NCBI GenBank assembly: GCA_963823555.1
Contig: CAWGMA010000001.1
Coordinates: 96,001-160,000 of the forward strand
Direction of reading: 5' to 3'
DNA from: Candidatus Eiseniibacteriota bacterium
GTDB lineage: Bacteria; Eisenbacteria; RBG-16-71-46; CAVPCR01
DNA: 64,000 bases
The translations under genes and the position numbers were made by a program. The notes under the pieces were generated by a model. That model searched no databases, was not told the origin of the DNA, and saw nothing but the letters and a program-made list of their open reading frames with translations. Position 1 is the stretch's first letter. Each line of letters starts with the position of its first letter. Below, piece after piece: positions 20,478 through 31,078 of this stretch.

Positions 20478-22004
20478 TCAGTCCTTCGCCTCCGCCGCGG
20501 CGAGCGGCGCGAGGAGGGTTGCGGCCTGGTCGAGGCGGGGGAGGCAGATCTCCTTACCGATGATCGCCATGCTCTCGAAGAGCGGGGGGCTCACCGACTG
20601 CCCGGTGATCGCGACCCGCAAGATGCCGAAGAGCTGGCCCGGCTTGAGCCCGAGCTCATCCGCCAGCGCTCGGAGCACGGGCTCGGTGGTCTCGTGATCG
20701 AAGTCGGGGACCTTGGAGAGCGTGACGCGTGCTCGCTCCAGGGCGCGAAGCGAATCGGCTGCGGTCAGTCCCCTGGCAACGAGATCGGCCGCATCGGGTT
20801 GCACATCGGCACGGAAGAAGAACCCGGCCATCTCGACGGCATCGTCGAGGGTGATGATCCGCGGCTGGATGAGCGGGGCAATGCGGATCAGCATCTCCTG
20901 ATCGGTGGCGATACCGGCCGCGGCAAAGAACGGCTGCACCCGTATCGCCAGATCGGCAGGCGCGAGTCGTCTCAGGTAGAGGCCATTGAAATGGTCCAGC
21001 TTCTCGTAGCTGACACGCGCCGGGGCTGGGTTCAGGCGCTCGAGGCGGAATCGCTCGCTCATCTCGGCGACCGTGAGCACGTCCTCGTCGTCGCCGAAGC
21101 TCGCACCCATGAGCGCGATCCAGTTCAAGATCGCCTCCGGCACGTAACCGAGCTCACGCAATCCGACCGTGGCCGGATGATCCCCGCTCTCCTTCCAGCC
21201 CAGCACGAAGATCGATTGCTCGCTGGTCACATCCCGCTTGCTCATCTTGCCCTTGCCGGATGGTTTCAGGAACACCGAAAGATGGCACCAGGTCGGTTCC
21301 TCCCAGCCGAAGGCGCGGATGACGAGTGCGTGCAGCGGGAAGGTGCCCAGCCACTCCGCACCGCGCAGGACGTGGGTGATTCCCATCAGGTGATCATCGA
21401 CCATGGCGGCCAGGTGGTAGACAGGGAGGCCGTCCGATTTGACGAGGATCGAATCATCGAGCGTCGAGTTGTCGATGGTGATCTCGCCGCGGAGACGGTC
21501 CCGGACCGTGGTGATCCCGGAGTCCGGGGCGCGAAAGCGGATCGTGTGCGGTTCACCCGCTCGGGCGCGCTCCTCGGACTCCGCCGCAGTCAGCCCCCGG
21601 CAGGTGCCGTCATAGCGCGTGTTCCGCTTGGCCGCAGCCTGGCTCTTGCGAACCGCGTCCAGGCGCTCCCGAGTGCAGAAGCAGCGAAACGCATGTCCCG
21701 ATGCGATGAGCCGAGACGCGTGCTCCGCATAGATGGCCCGGCGCTCGCTCTGCCGGTATGGCTCCCCCGGGCCGCCCCGGTCCGGACCCTCGTCCCACTC
21801 GATCCCGAGCCACGAGAGCGCGGCCATGATCTCGGCTTCATGCTCGGGGTTCGAGCGTCTCTGGTCCGTGTCCTCGATACGGAGGATGAAGCGGCCGCCG
21901 GTCTGCCTGGCGAACAGGAAGTTGTAGAGCGCGGTGCGCGCGCCCCCGATGTGAAAATGGCCCGTGGGGGAGGGTGCGAAGCGAACGCGAACGAGTTCGG
22001 ACAT
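20478..22004 (-). CDS. gltX: Glutamate--tRNA ligase
   Basis: VRVRFAPSPTGHFHIGGART, LRIEDTD, YRQSER, DDHLMGITHVLRG and KMSKR. Confidence 0.97.
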   Translation of the reverse strand: MSELVRVRFAPSPTGHFHIGGARTALYNFLFARQTGGRFILRIEDTDQRRSNPEHEAEIMAALSWLGIEWDEGPDRGGPGEPYRQSERRAIYAEHASRLIASGHAFRCFCTRERLDAVRKSQAAAKRNTRYDGTCRGLTAAESEERARAGEPHTIRFRAPDSGITTVRDRLRGEITIDNSTLDDSILVKSDGLPVYHLAAMVDDHLMGITHVLRGAEWLGTFPLHALVIRAFGWEEPTWCHLSVFLKPSGKGKMSKRDVTSEQSIFVLGWKESGDHPATVGLRELGYVPEAILNWIALMGASFGDDEDVLTVAEMSERFRLERLNPAPARVSYEKLDHFNGLYLRRLAPADLAIRVQPFFAAAGIATDQEMLIRIAPLIQPRIITLDDAVEMAGFFFRADVQPDAADLVARGLTAADSLRALERARVTLSKVPDFDHETTEPVLRALADELGLKPGQLFGILRVAITGQSVSPPLFESMAIIGKEICLPRLDQAATLLAPLAAAEAKD

Positions 22005-22186
22005 GATGGGCGCATTCTAGACGCGTGGTGGCCGGGGAGGCAAACGGCCGCGTCCCACAGAGAGGTGGCCCGCGTCCCCTTCGTGGGCTATGCTCTCATC
22101 ATCCGGCGCCGCTAGACCGGCCCCCCGATCCCCTCCGGTTTCTCCCAGCGCGCAGCCCGAACCCAGCTATCCACGGAGCCCGATCC

Positions 22187-23920
22187 ATGCGTGCCCTGCT
22201 TCGATCCCTGGGCGGCCCCTGCCGCGATGGCGCTGGCGTCATGGTCCGCGTGGCCTTCGCTCTGGGCCTCGCGCTTCTCGCCCTGGTCATTTCCGGCCGC
22301 TCCGCCACCGCAAGCGAGGCTTTCCACCTGACCCGGCTCGATCACCTCGCGCTCGGCCCTCCGGAGACCGTGACCGACGTCGACATCGAAGCCGGGTTCG
22401 CCTATGTGGGGCGCGGGCCCGAAGGACTCTCGATCATCGACGTCTCCACGCCGGGCGCCATCCAACGGGTCGCCGATTTCAACCTCGCCGGCCAGCTCGT
22501 CGTCAACGATGTCGCCGTCGCCGGCGGGCGGGCCTACCTGACCAACGAAGGACACAACGGAGTCGCGGTCTACATCCTGGATGTGCGGGTGCCGGCGGCG
22601 CCGGCCGTGATCGGAGCCATCATCGCCCCTGTGCTCAACATCGCCCACAATCTGTTCATCGACGGCGATGTGCTCTACGTGGTCGGGCACGAGGGGGTGC
22701 GGGGCTGGCGAACGCGCATCTTCAACGTGCGCGACCCCCTGGTGCCCGTGCTCCTCGCCGAGCTGACAACGCCCGGAGCGCACGACATCACGGTCCTCGA
22801 CGGGGTTCTCTATGAAGGAGGGGGGTGGGGCGGGCTGCATCTCTGGGATGTGCGCGATCCGGCGCACCCCGTGCACCTGGCAGCCGCCGATACCAACGAG
22901 GGGCAGCGGCCCCATTACCACGCCCACAGCGTGTGGCCCAGTGCGGATCGCCGCCACGTCCTCGTCATGAACGAGATCGAGAGCTGGTGGCCGGGCGGCA
23001 TCGTCGCCGGGGGCATGCGCGTCTTTCGCTGGGACGGGGGAGAGCGCCTCGAGCTCGTCGCCACGTGGCGGCCGGACGTGGCCCAGGGCTCGCCGCTCAC
23101 GGCGATCCACAATGTGGTCGTGCATGGCCAGCATGCCTTCATCAGCCACTATCAGGCCGGGGTGCGCGTTCTCGATATTGCCGATCCCGAGCATCCGGTC
23201 GAAGTTGGCTTCTTCGATACCTATCCAGGAGAGCCGCGGGCGCTGTTCGGAGGTTGCTGGGGTATCGATCTCGGCTCCGAGGCGGAGCCTCTCATCTATG
23301 CCAGCGATCGCGATCGTGGTCTGTTCCAGCTGCGTTTCGACGGCGCTCGGCAGGCCGATCTCGCGGGCAGCATCATCTCGGCAGCGGGCGGGCTTCCGGT
23401 TCCCGGAGCCATCATCCGCCTTCTTTCTGCCGGTCGCATGACCGTGAGCGATGGCGCTGGCCGCTTCCAGGTGGCGACAGCAGAGGGTTCTCACCGGCTC
23501 GAGATCCGGGCGCCCGGCTACCGGCCGCTCATCCTCGAGGTCGACCTGTCACCGGGTCCACAGCCGCCACTGACGATCCGCCTCTCACCGCTGCACGGGA
23601 CCGACGTGGTCGAGGCCCCCGCGGTCTCGCCTGCGCCGAGCCTGGAGGCCAGCTATCCCAATCCCTTCCGCAGCTCGGTGGCGATCCCCTTCGTCCTCGG
23701 CACCCAGGTGGTGAGCCCTGTGTCGGTCCGGCTCACCGTCCATGACCTGAACGGGCGCTGCGTGCGCATCCTCCTCGATGGGCCGGCTTCCGGCGGGAGA
23801 CAGGTCGTGCGCTGGGATGGGCGCGATGATCGCGGGCGTCCGGTTGGCACGGGAGTCTACTTCGCGCGGCTGGTTGTTGATGGGATGACGGCCACGCGCC
23901 GCCTGGATCGCCTGCGGTAG
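22187..23920 (+). CDS. Secreted LVIVD-repeat/choice-of-anchor-B-like protein with carboxypeptidase-regulatory-like domain and C-terminal FlgD-Ig domain (start could be 22241)
   Basis: Signal peptide; GLSIIDVS, HNLFIDG, HDITV, HSVW, SHYQAGVRVLDI and FFDTYP; tail YPNPF...WDGRDDRGRPVGTGVYFARL. Confidence 0.8.
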   Translation: MRALLRSLGGPCRDGAGVMVRVAFALGLALLALVISGRSATASEAFHLTRLDHLALGPPETVTDVDIEAGFAYVGRGPEGLSIIDVSTPGAIQRVADFNLAGQLVVNDVAVAGGRAYLTNEGHNGVAVYILDVRVPAAPAVIGAIIAPVLNIAHNLFIDGDVLYVVGHEGVRGWRTRIFNVRDPLVPVLLAELTTPGAHDITVLDGVLYEGGGWGGLHLWDVRDPAHPVHLAAADTNEGQRPHYHAHSVWPSADRRHVLVMNEIESWWPGGIVAGGMRVFRWDGGERLELVATWRPDVAQGSPLTAIHNVVVHGQHAFISHYQAGVRVLDIADPEHPVEVGFFDTYPGEPRALFGGCWGIDLGSEAEPLIYASDRDRGLFQLRFDGARQADLAGSIISAAGGLPVPGAIIRLLSAGRMTVSDGAGRFQVATAEGSHRLEIRAPGYRPLILEVDLSPGPQPPLTIRLSPLHGTDVVEAPAVSPAPSLEASYPNPFRSSVAIPFVLGTQVVSPVSVRLTVHDLNGRCVRILLDGPASGGRQVVRWDGRDDRGRPVGTGVYFARLVVDGMTATRRLDRLR

Positions 23921-24574
23921 GGGCCAAGTTCCTCCGGTGCTTGCCGTTCAGCCCTGCCCTCGCACCGCTGGTCCCTCGCTCCGGTGCCCCGAAATCCAGC
24001 TGGGACCGGCCGGTCAATTTCTCTTGAAGCCCCCTTCGGGGCCGTGTTAACCTGCGCCCGCCTTAGGGCGGTTTCTCGCCCTCTTGGCAACCCTGGATAC
24101 CCAGCGACCTGGTTTTATGTCCCCTATGGTCATCTCGGGCCATCCAGCTCGGTTTAGGTTTCTTGAGGGACGGTGCCGGGCCGAAGTCGGACCGGGCCCG
24201 GACAAATACAACTATCCTCGAGGCAGCTCACTGCGTGAGCTGAACGGAGCCGAAGGCTCCGTTGTTGCTCCCGCCGGCCAGGTCATCTGACCGCGGTCGG
24301 TCCGAATCCCCCGCTGAGGCGAGCCTTCAGGGCTCGTCGGATTTCAGGGAAGAAGCGGCGCGGGTGCAAGTCGCCCGACGCCTTCCTCAACTGGCATGAA
24401 GCGGCTCTGACCGCTGTCCGCACCGGGGACCGCGATGCCCGGTGTCACCGCATGGAATGCGCAGCATGGATGCGGACGGCGGTTCGAAGGCCGGTCGGGT
24501 GACGGCAGCTCCTGGCCATCTTTCGATCGCTTCTCTAGCCTACTCGCTCTGGACCATTCCGGAGGACTTGCTAC

Positions 24575-26953
24575 ATGATGCAGATCTCTCCCCCTTCCCC
24601 GGCCCGACTCAGTCCCCATCGCATATTCCGCACTACCTCCAAGGTCTCCACCACGTTTTTCGCTCTCCTCTTCGCTCTCCTCGTCGTTGTCGGGTGCGCC
24701 GAAGATCGCACCCCACCACCCGAGGAGGTGTCCGCCCCCGAAAACGGGCGCCTCATGGAAGGAGCCCACGGCTCCGATGGCGACAGCTATGACGAGTTCT
24801 TGACGGCCGAAGGCTCCGTCGTCTACGAGGACCAGACCGAGTCCTGGAACGACTGGAGCATCTCCGTTCCCGAGCAGACCTGGATCGAACCCGGCAAGGG
24901 CAAGTGGATCGATTTCGGCGCCGGGGTCAACGAGGCCTTCTCCCCGGCCTTCGAGCACGGCTCGCGCGAGGTCCGGGTTCGTTTCTCCCTCTTCCTACCG
25001 GAGAACTTCCCCGTCTTCGGGCATCAGAGCTTCATCACCCCCCGCCAGCTATTCGGCCTCTCATCGAGCAACGAGGTCCTTCACCCGGAGGATCCCTTCT
25101 CGGCTCTCGAGGTCGAGCTGAGTCAGGCCCGCTGGCACATCGTGCCGCGCTGGCGCAGCCGGTCCGGAGGGGAAGTCGTCTCCGGACGCACCTTCGAGAT
25201 CCCGTGGGCGTTCACGAGCGGCTGGAACCAGATCGAGCTCGTGGCGCGCGTGCGCGACGGCGGGGCCAACGATGACCTCCAGCTGCGAATCGGTTCCAAG
25301 CGCTTCCTGTGGAAGGGAGTGGACCTGACGGCGGATCAGAACCCGTTCCGCTACTTCCATCTCGGTCGCTGGGAGCCGGGAGCAGGCGACCAGCTGGTCG
25401 CCGTGCGCAACCTGGAAGTGTTCGATATCTCCCAGAGCAGCAAGGCCATGTCGGATCCTCCGACCGGCGTCGACTACGCCAGCGGCGGCTACCGCGTGTC
25501 TGGCGGATTCTGGGATGGCTGGATGGTGCGCCGGCACTCCGACAACTGCGGGTCATCCCCCTGTGTCCGCTTCTACGATCGAGACGGCTACGGCGCCATG
25601 CGGGACCACACCCGTGGTGTGATCTGGATGGGCCCCGGCGTCGAGACCGAGGGTTCGGCCTCGATGCGTGTCCGGTTCCACGGATCGCAGCTGAACTCGA
25701 CCGACCACTCGCGCCAGCTGGCGTCGATCACGTCGCGACCGCTGGGTTTCACGCCGTCGGAGTACGGCCTCGAAAACCTGACCAAGATCACGTTCGATGA
25801 TCCTCGGCCCGGCAGTGTCCGCTTGATGCTCATCAACATCGTCGACGGGGTGCGCATCAACGATGGCCGGTGGCCCAATCGGCGGGTCGATGTCCCCTTC
25901 GCCAGCGAGGAGTGGGCGGACCTCGCGGTCAGCTGGCGGATGGAGGGCGCACGGCTCGCGGTGACGGTGAACGGGCAGTCGGAGACCTTCGATCTGCTTC
26001 GTGGGTCCGAGGCTCCCGGGGTCTATCTGAGTCTCGGCAACATGGATCCAATCTCGGGTGTGATCGACTTCGATGACATCCGCGTCGACGGCGAGAATCC
26101 CGACCCGGGCCCCGATCCCGATCCGGATCCCGATCCTCAGCCGCCGCCTCCGGATCCAGATCCCGATCCTCAGCCGCCGCCTCCCGACCCGGATCCCGAT
26201 CCTCAGCCGCCGCCCCCGGATCCCGATCCCGATCCGTTGCCGCCGCCACCACCGCCGCCGCCGGCGGGGACGGTGCTCTACCAGGAGAACTTCGAGGGCA
26301 GCGAACCGTTCCGCGGCTGGGTGGGGCGCAACGTGCGCTCCAACCTCCGGGTCATCGATCAAGGCGGGAACAAGATCGGACGGCTGGTCTATGACCCGCA
26401 CTCGGACTGGCTGGTCTCGTTCCTGCCGCGCCGCCAGGGCGTGATGGATCTCGAGGTCGAGTACTCGGTCCGGCTCCCGGTCGGCTTCCGCTACAAGCGG
26501 GATCAGAACGGTCAGATCATCGGTGGCGGCAAGCACTTCTGGCAGCTGACTTCCATCAATCGCTATCTCGGCGAGACGGTGGAGGCCGACGGCCGGACGC
26601 GCCTCGACTTCGGGGCGGCGAGCGACTTCGGCGACTGGAACATCACGGCCTACCGCAACACCGTGGGTGGAGGACGGCCGGGCGAGTTCGCCATGTGGTT
26701 CGATCGCGGCAATTACTTCACGCCGGGTCGCTGGCATCGCCTTCGCTGCCGCGTGCACATCAACCCGCGTCCCGGGGACAACTCGGGTCGGCTCGAGCTG
26801 TGGATCGACGGCGATCACAAGGGGACCTTCGGCGGTGAGTTCAACGTCGTGGGCCCGACCGGCGGGATCCGCGTCCTCGGGTTCGGCAATCTCGACAACA
26901 TCGAGGGTGCCCCCTACGTCGAGGTGGACGACATCCGCGTCATCGCCCGCTAG
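24575..26953 (+). CDS. Lipoprotein with three beta-rich (ConA/polysaccharide-lyase-like) domains and a Pro/Asp linker
   Basis: Lipobox VVGC. Each domain has a W..(L/I).L/V strand and a D/N-(L/I)-(R/E)-V ending. The last domain reads GGKH...GRWHRL...IN...GRLELWIDG. Confidence 0.6.
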   Translation: MMQISPPSPARLSPHRIFRTTSKVSTTFFALLFALLVVVGCAEDRTPPPEEVSAPENGRLMEGAHGSDGDSYDEFLTAEGSVVYEDQTESWNDWSISVPEQTWIEPGKGKWIDFGAGVNEAFSPAFEHGSREVRVRFSLFLPENFPVFGHQSFITPRQLFGLSSSNEVLHPEDPFSALEVELSQARWHIVPRWRSRSGGEVVSGRTFEIPWAFTSGWNQIELVARVRDGGANDDLQLRIGSKRFLWKGVDLTADQNPFRYFHLGRWEPGAGDQLVAVRNLEVFDISQSSKAMSDPPTGVDYASGGYRVSGGFWDGWMVRRHSDNCGSSPCVRFYDRDGYGAMRDHTRGVIWMGPGVETEGSASMRVRFHGSQLNSTDHSRQLASITSRPLGFTPSEYGLENLTKITFDDPRPGSVRLMLINIVDGVRINDGRWPNRRVDVPFASEEWADLAVSWRMEGARLAVTVNGQSETFDLLRGSEAPGVYLSLGNMDPISGVIDFDDIRVDGENPDPGPDPDPDPDPQPPPPDPDPDPQPPPPDPDPDPQPPPPDPDPDPLPPPPPPPPAGTVLYQENFEGSEPFRGWVGRNVRSNLRVIDQGGNKIGRLVYDPHSDWLVSFLPRRQGVMDLEVEYSVRLPVGFRYKRDQNGQIIGGGKHFWQLTSINRYLGETVEADGRTRLDFGAASDFGDWNITAYRNTVGGGRPGEFAMWFDRGNYFTPGRWHRLRCRVHINPRPGDNSGRLELWIDGDHKGTFGGEFNVVGPTGGIRVLGFGNLDNIEGAPYVEVDDIRVIAR
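26098..26260. repeat. 33-bp tandem repeats encoding (DPDPDPQPPPP)n linker
   Basis: Three near-identical gatccggatcccgatcctcagccgccgcctccg-type units plus a degenerate fourth. Confidence 0.9.
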
Positions 26954-27000
26954 CGGCACGGCGGTCATTCCTTGATCGACCGCGCGAGCGGTCAGAACCG

Positions 27001-27040
27001 GAAGGGGCCTCGCAGCATGAGCTGCGAGGCCCCTTCTCTC
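27001..27040 (+). terminator. Terminator hairpin between convergent genes
   Basis: Perfect 16-bp stem GAAGGGGCCTCGCAGC-atga-GCTGCGAGGCCCCTTC followed by tctc. Confidence 0.75.
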
Positions 27041-27061
27041 GTGCGCCCGGCTGGTCTCGGG

Positions 27062-28849
27062 TCAGGGTGTCAGCACGATCCGACCATGCGCCTCGGCCTC
27101 GGGGGTGACGAGGCGGTAGAAGTAGACCCCGGCCGGCACCCGCCCCCCGCTCGTCCCGCGTCCGTCCCAGATCACCGCATGAGTACCGGCACGCTGGGGC
27201 CCCAGGTCCAGACGGCGGACGACGCGTCCGCTGGCATCCACGATCGTCAATCGCAGCGGAGCCTCGTGATCCAGGGTGAGCGCGAGGTGCAGGGGGGCGG
27301 GGCCGGGGGAGGCCAGGGGCACGACCTGGATCCCGGCGGACGGCGCCGATGAGCCGGCGGGAAGGCTGGCCACGGGTGGGTCATCGGTCTCGCGGATCCA
27401 GTCGACGTTCACGTGTCCCGTGGTGGCCAGATCGGCGATCTCGAGCAGGACCGCGGCTCCGCGGAGTCCGCGCAGATCCCAGACCGCTTGCCGCAAGATG
27501 TCCCCGCTGTACCCGGTGGCTCGCCTTAGCTCCAGACCATCGGTCCGCACGAGGCGCATGTAGAGACTATCCGCGTTGCTCCCGCCCCCGATCTGGAACG
27601 CGAGGTAGTCGGCTTCCACGATGAACGGGCGCGAGCGGAGAACTCCGGTCCTGGACTCGTCGGGCGGGCACTCGGGACAGCCGTAGCCGATAGGGCCCGC
27701 ATGATCCTCCGCGGTTGCGATCCAGAAGAAACCTTCGATGCCTGAAGGGGGACCACCGCGCTCTGCGGGCCGGTCGCCGAAGGTGGGCTGCATGTCGAAG
27801 GCGTCACCCCAGACGATCGTCCAGTCCTCGAACATCCGGTTCTCAGGGCCGATGATCGGGGTTGCGCCTTGCCAGAGCAGCGGATCGACCTTGATCCCGA
27901 GGATGGGGAGTCCATTCCACACACCATCGCGTACGCGCGCGAACAGCCACTGGTTGTTGCGCATGAAGACCTCGGCGGCGAATCCTTCGTATTCTAGGAG
28001 CTGGGCCGTCGACTTGTCCCAGTTGGAGAACTGCTGGCTCGATGTCATGTAGTGCACGCCGGGGATGCCCTGCTCGTTGTAGAAGAGGTAGTGGATGCCG
28101 TTCCGCTCGGTCATGTACGTCGACTCCAGAACGCGATAGGAATCGTTGATGAAGAGCGGCTGTCCGGCGTCTTGCCATGCGCTCGGGTTGAAGCCCGGGG
28201 CAAAGGCCAGCGAGACGGCCCCCCGACTGTCCGGCATGCCCAGGTACCCGGGCTTGGTCGAGGCGGTGGTCAGCATCGCAAACTGGAAGCCCTGGGTGAG
28301 GCGGGCGACGAAGGGATCCCGGCAGTTCGACCATTGCCCAGGCTGCCACAGCGCCCAGGTGGTGTCCGGGTGGTAGATCGGGTTGTCCGGGTAGTCCTCC
28401 CAGGTGAAGAGATCCGGCGAAACAGAGATGCCGATCTGTTGCACGATGGAAGAGTCGACCCCGGTGAAGAAGATGAGATGATCGCCCGTGAAGCTGCTCA
28501 TGATGTGAGGGGCCCACACATTGCGTTCTTTCCAGCCGGGCGCCGCGGTCGAAAGCAGCCGCGGATGGACGGTCCAGTGCACGAGGTCGGAGGAGGAAGC
28601 ATGGCCGAAATCGATCATGTTTCCGGGCTGTCCCCATCCCTGGCCCTGGATACCGACGGTATAGATCAGGTGGTAGTCGCCGTCGGTGACGAGGATGGCA
28701 TGGTCGGCGGCGATGAGCCCGGGCTCCATGAAATAGCGCTGCTCGAAATCGAACTCGGTGAGGGCGGAGGCACTGGCGGGGAGGAGCATGAGCAGGGCCA
28801 GGGCGGTGGTGGGGAGAAGGGGACGGATGTGCTGATCGCGGGTCTGCAT
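27062..28849 (-). CDS. Secreted five-bladed beta-propeller glycoside hydrolase (GH32/GH43-like) with C-terminal FlgD-Ig domain
   Basis: Signal peptide; HASSSDLVHW, WAPH, RDPF and ES motifs; RTGVLRSRPF...FQIGGG accessory domain; tail WDGRGTSGGRVPAGVYFYRL. Confidence 0.78.
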   Translation of the reverse strand: MQTRDQHIRPLLPTTALALLMLLPASASALTEFDFEQRYFMEPGLIAADHAILVTDGDYHLIYTVGIQGQGWGQPGNMIDFGHASSSDLVHWTVHPRLLSTAAPGWKERNVWAPHIMSSFTGDHLIFFTGVDSSIVQQIGISVSPDLFTWEDYPDNPIYHPDTTWALWQPGQWSNCRDPFVARLTQGFQFAMLTTASTKPGYLGMPDSRGAVSLAFAPGFNPSAWQDAGQPLFINDSYRVLESTYMTERNGIHYLFYNEQGIPGVHYMTSSQQFSNWDKSTAQLLEYEGFAAEVFMRNNQWLFARVRDGVWNGLPILGIKVDPLLWQGATPIIGPENRMFEDWTIVWGDAFDMQPTFGDRPAERGGPPSGIEGFFWIATAEDHAGPIGYGCPECPPDESRTGVLRSRPFIVEADYLAFQIGGGSNADSLYMRLVRTDGLELRRATGYSGDILRQAVWDLRGLRGAAVLLEIADLATTGHVNVDWIRETDDPPVASLPAGSSAPSAGIQVVPLASPGPAPLHLALTLDHEAPLRLTIVDASGRVVRRLDLGPQRAGTHAVIWDGRGTSGGRVPAGVYFYRLVTPEAEAHGRIVLTP

Positions 28850-28980
28850 GCTGGGGATTCCTGCCTCAAAGGCTCGTCGATGCGGCGGCGGACGACAACA
28901 CCTAGTATGATTGTCGCTCATTGGCTGAAGACGAGCAAGGGACGGAGTTCCACCCTTTCGCAGGGGAGAGAGAGCCGAGA

Positions 28981-31078
28981 ATGCTCGACACACCGAACAG
29001 GAACGCAGCAGGCACGGAGGTCGGTGCCGGCCGTGCGTTCACATTCACCGATCTGATCGGCCTCGCGCGCATTGGTGATGTCGTCACAGTCCCTGGAAGC
29101 GATCGCCTCATCTTTGAAGTGGCCCGCCATCGACTGGACCGTAACCAGGTCGTGAAGGAACTGTGGATGGTGCCGGCGAGCGGCGCCGGGGGGGCGCGAC
29201 CGCTGGTTCGCGGGCCGCAAAGCAACGGCTCGCCACGCCTCTCTCCGGACGCGAGCGTGCTGGCCTTTGTCTCCGATCGCTCGGGATCACCCCAGATCTG
29301 GCTCCTGCCCATGGCCGGCGGCGAGGCGGTCCAGCTCACCGATCTACCGTTCAAGGTGGGTGGCCCGCGCTTCACGCCGGATGGCAAGACGCTGGTCGTG
29401 GCCGCCACCGTGGATCCAGGAGCACCACTGGACGGCCGCGCCCGATCGGTTGACCCGGCCGGACGGCGAGCCCACGGGGCCACGCCCGCGGCTCGAGCGT
29501 GGGCTGCTCTTCCGCCACTGGGATTCCTGGCGCGACGGAAGGCGGAACCACCTGCTGGCCGTAGGCCTCGCCAGCGCTCACGTGCGCGATCTGACGCCCG
29601 GGGACCGCGACGTGCCGCCGGTTGCCCTCGGCGGCGCCTGCGACTATGACATCGCTCCGGGCGGGGACGAGATCGCCTTTGCGCGCAACGACGATCCTGA
29701 GGTCGCGCTCAGCACATCGAATGGCATCGTGATCGCGGCTCTGGACGGGCAGGGTGCTGAGCGCCGCTTGACCGCGAACCGCGGTTGCGAGGCCAACCCC
29801 CGCTACTCGCCCGACGGCCGCTGGGTCGCCTTTCTCGCCATGTCTCGCGCCGGTTACGAGTCCGATCGGCGCGAGCTCACGGTGATCGAGCGCTCCGGGG
29901 GTGCGGCCCGTTCGCTGACCGCGGACCTCGATCGATCGATAGGCGACTTCGCCTGGGCGCAGGACTCCCGGACACTCTTCTTCCATTCCGAGGAACGAGG
30001 GCGAAAATCGATCTGGCGGGTGTCGGTTGCTGGTGGCGAGCCGGAGCGACTCACGAGCGGCGCCTACGACGAGCTCAAGGCCCTGGGTCACGACAGCCGC
30101 ACCATCGTCTTCACCCGTCAGGACGCGACCCGGCCCGCGGAGCTCCATCGCCTTGACCTGGAGGGCGGGGCCGTGACCCGCCTCACCGGGCTCAATGACG
30201 GTCGCCTCGAGGGGATCGCCCTCGCTCCGGCCGAGGACTTCGAGTTCACGGCGGAGGATGGGGCGGTCGTCCATGGATTTATGGTCTTCCCGCCGGATTT
30301 CGCTCCGGAGCGCCGTTATCCGCTGGTCGTCTTGATCCATGGCGGACCCCACTCGGCGTTCTGCGATCAGTTCCACTACCGGTGGAACCCGCAGCTCCTG
30401 GCCGCTCCCGGCTACGTCGTCGCCATGTTGAACCCGCGCGGGTCGAGCGGTTACGGCCAGGCATTCTCCGACCAGATTCGCAATGACTGGGGTGGGCGTT
30501 GCTACACGGATCTCATGCGAGGTGTCGACTACCTGCTCGACACCTGCAGCTTCATCGATCGCGATCGCGTGGCGGCCGCAGGAGCTTCGTTCGGGGGCTA
30601 CATGGTGAACTGGATTGCAGGACACACCGATCGTTTTCGGGCCCTCGTGTGCCACGCCGGCATCTTCAACCTCGAGAGCATGTACTATGCCACCGAGGAG
30701 CTGTGGTTCCCGCACTGGGAGTTCGCAGGGAGCCCCGCCGAGAAGCCCGAGGCCTATGCTCGCTGGTCACCCGACCGCTTCGTCGAGAACTTCCGGACCC
30801 CGACCCTCGTCATCCACGGCGAGCAGGACTTCCGCTGCCCTGTCGTCGGCGGGATCGCCATGTTCACCGCACTCAGGACCCGGGGCGTGCCGGCCGAGCT
30901 CCTCTATTTTCCGGATGAGGGGCACTGGATCGAGAAGCCGCAGAACGCAGCGACCTGGTACGCGACGATTCACGCCTGGCTCGAGCGCTGGCTTGGACCA
31001 GGCCCCGCCACTGATCGCGAGCGGGCTCAGCCCTGGTCGACACTGGCCTCGCCGACATCGCCCTCGGGAAGAAGGTAG
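28981..31078 (+). CDS. S9 family (prolyl oligopeptidase/dipeptidyl aminopeptidase-like) peptidase; one frameshift at about 29420-29490
   Basis: PD40-like repeats (PRLSPDA, PRYSPDG), IHGGP, NPRGSSGYG, GASFGG, HGEQDFR and FPDEGH; N- and C-terminal parts are in different frames. Confidence 0.9.
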
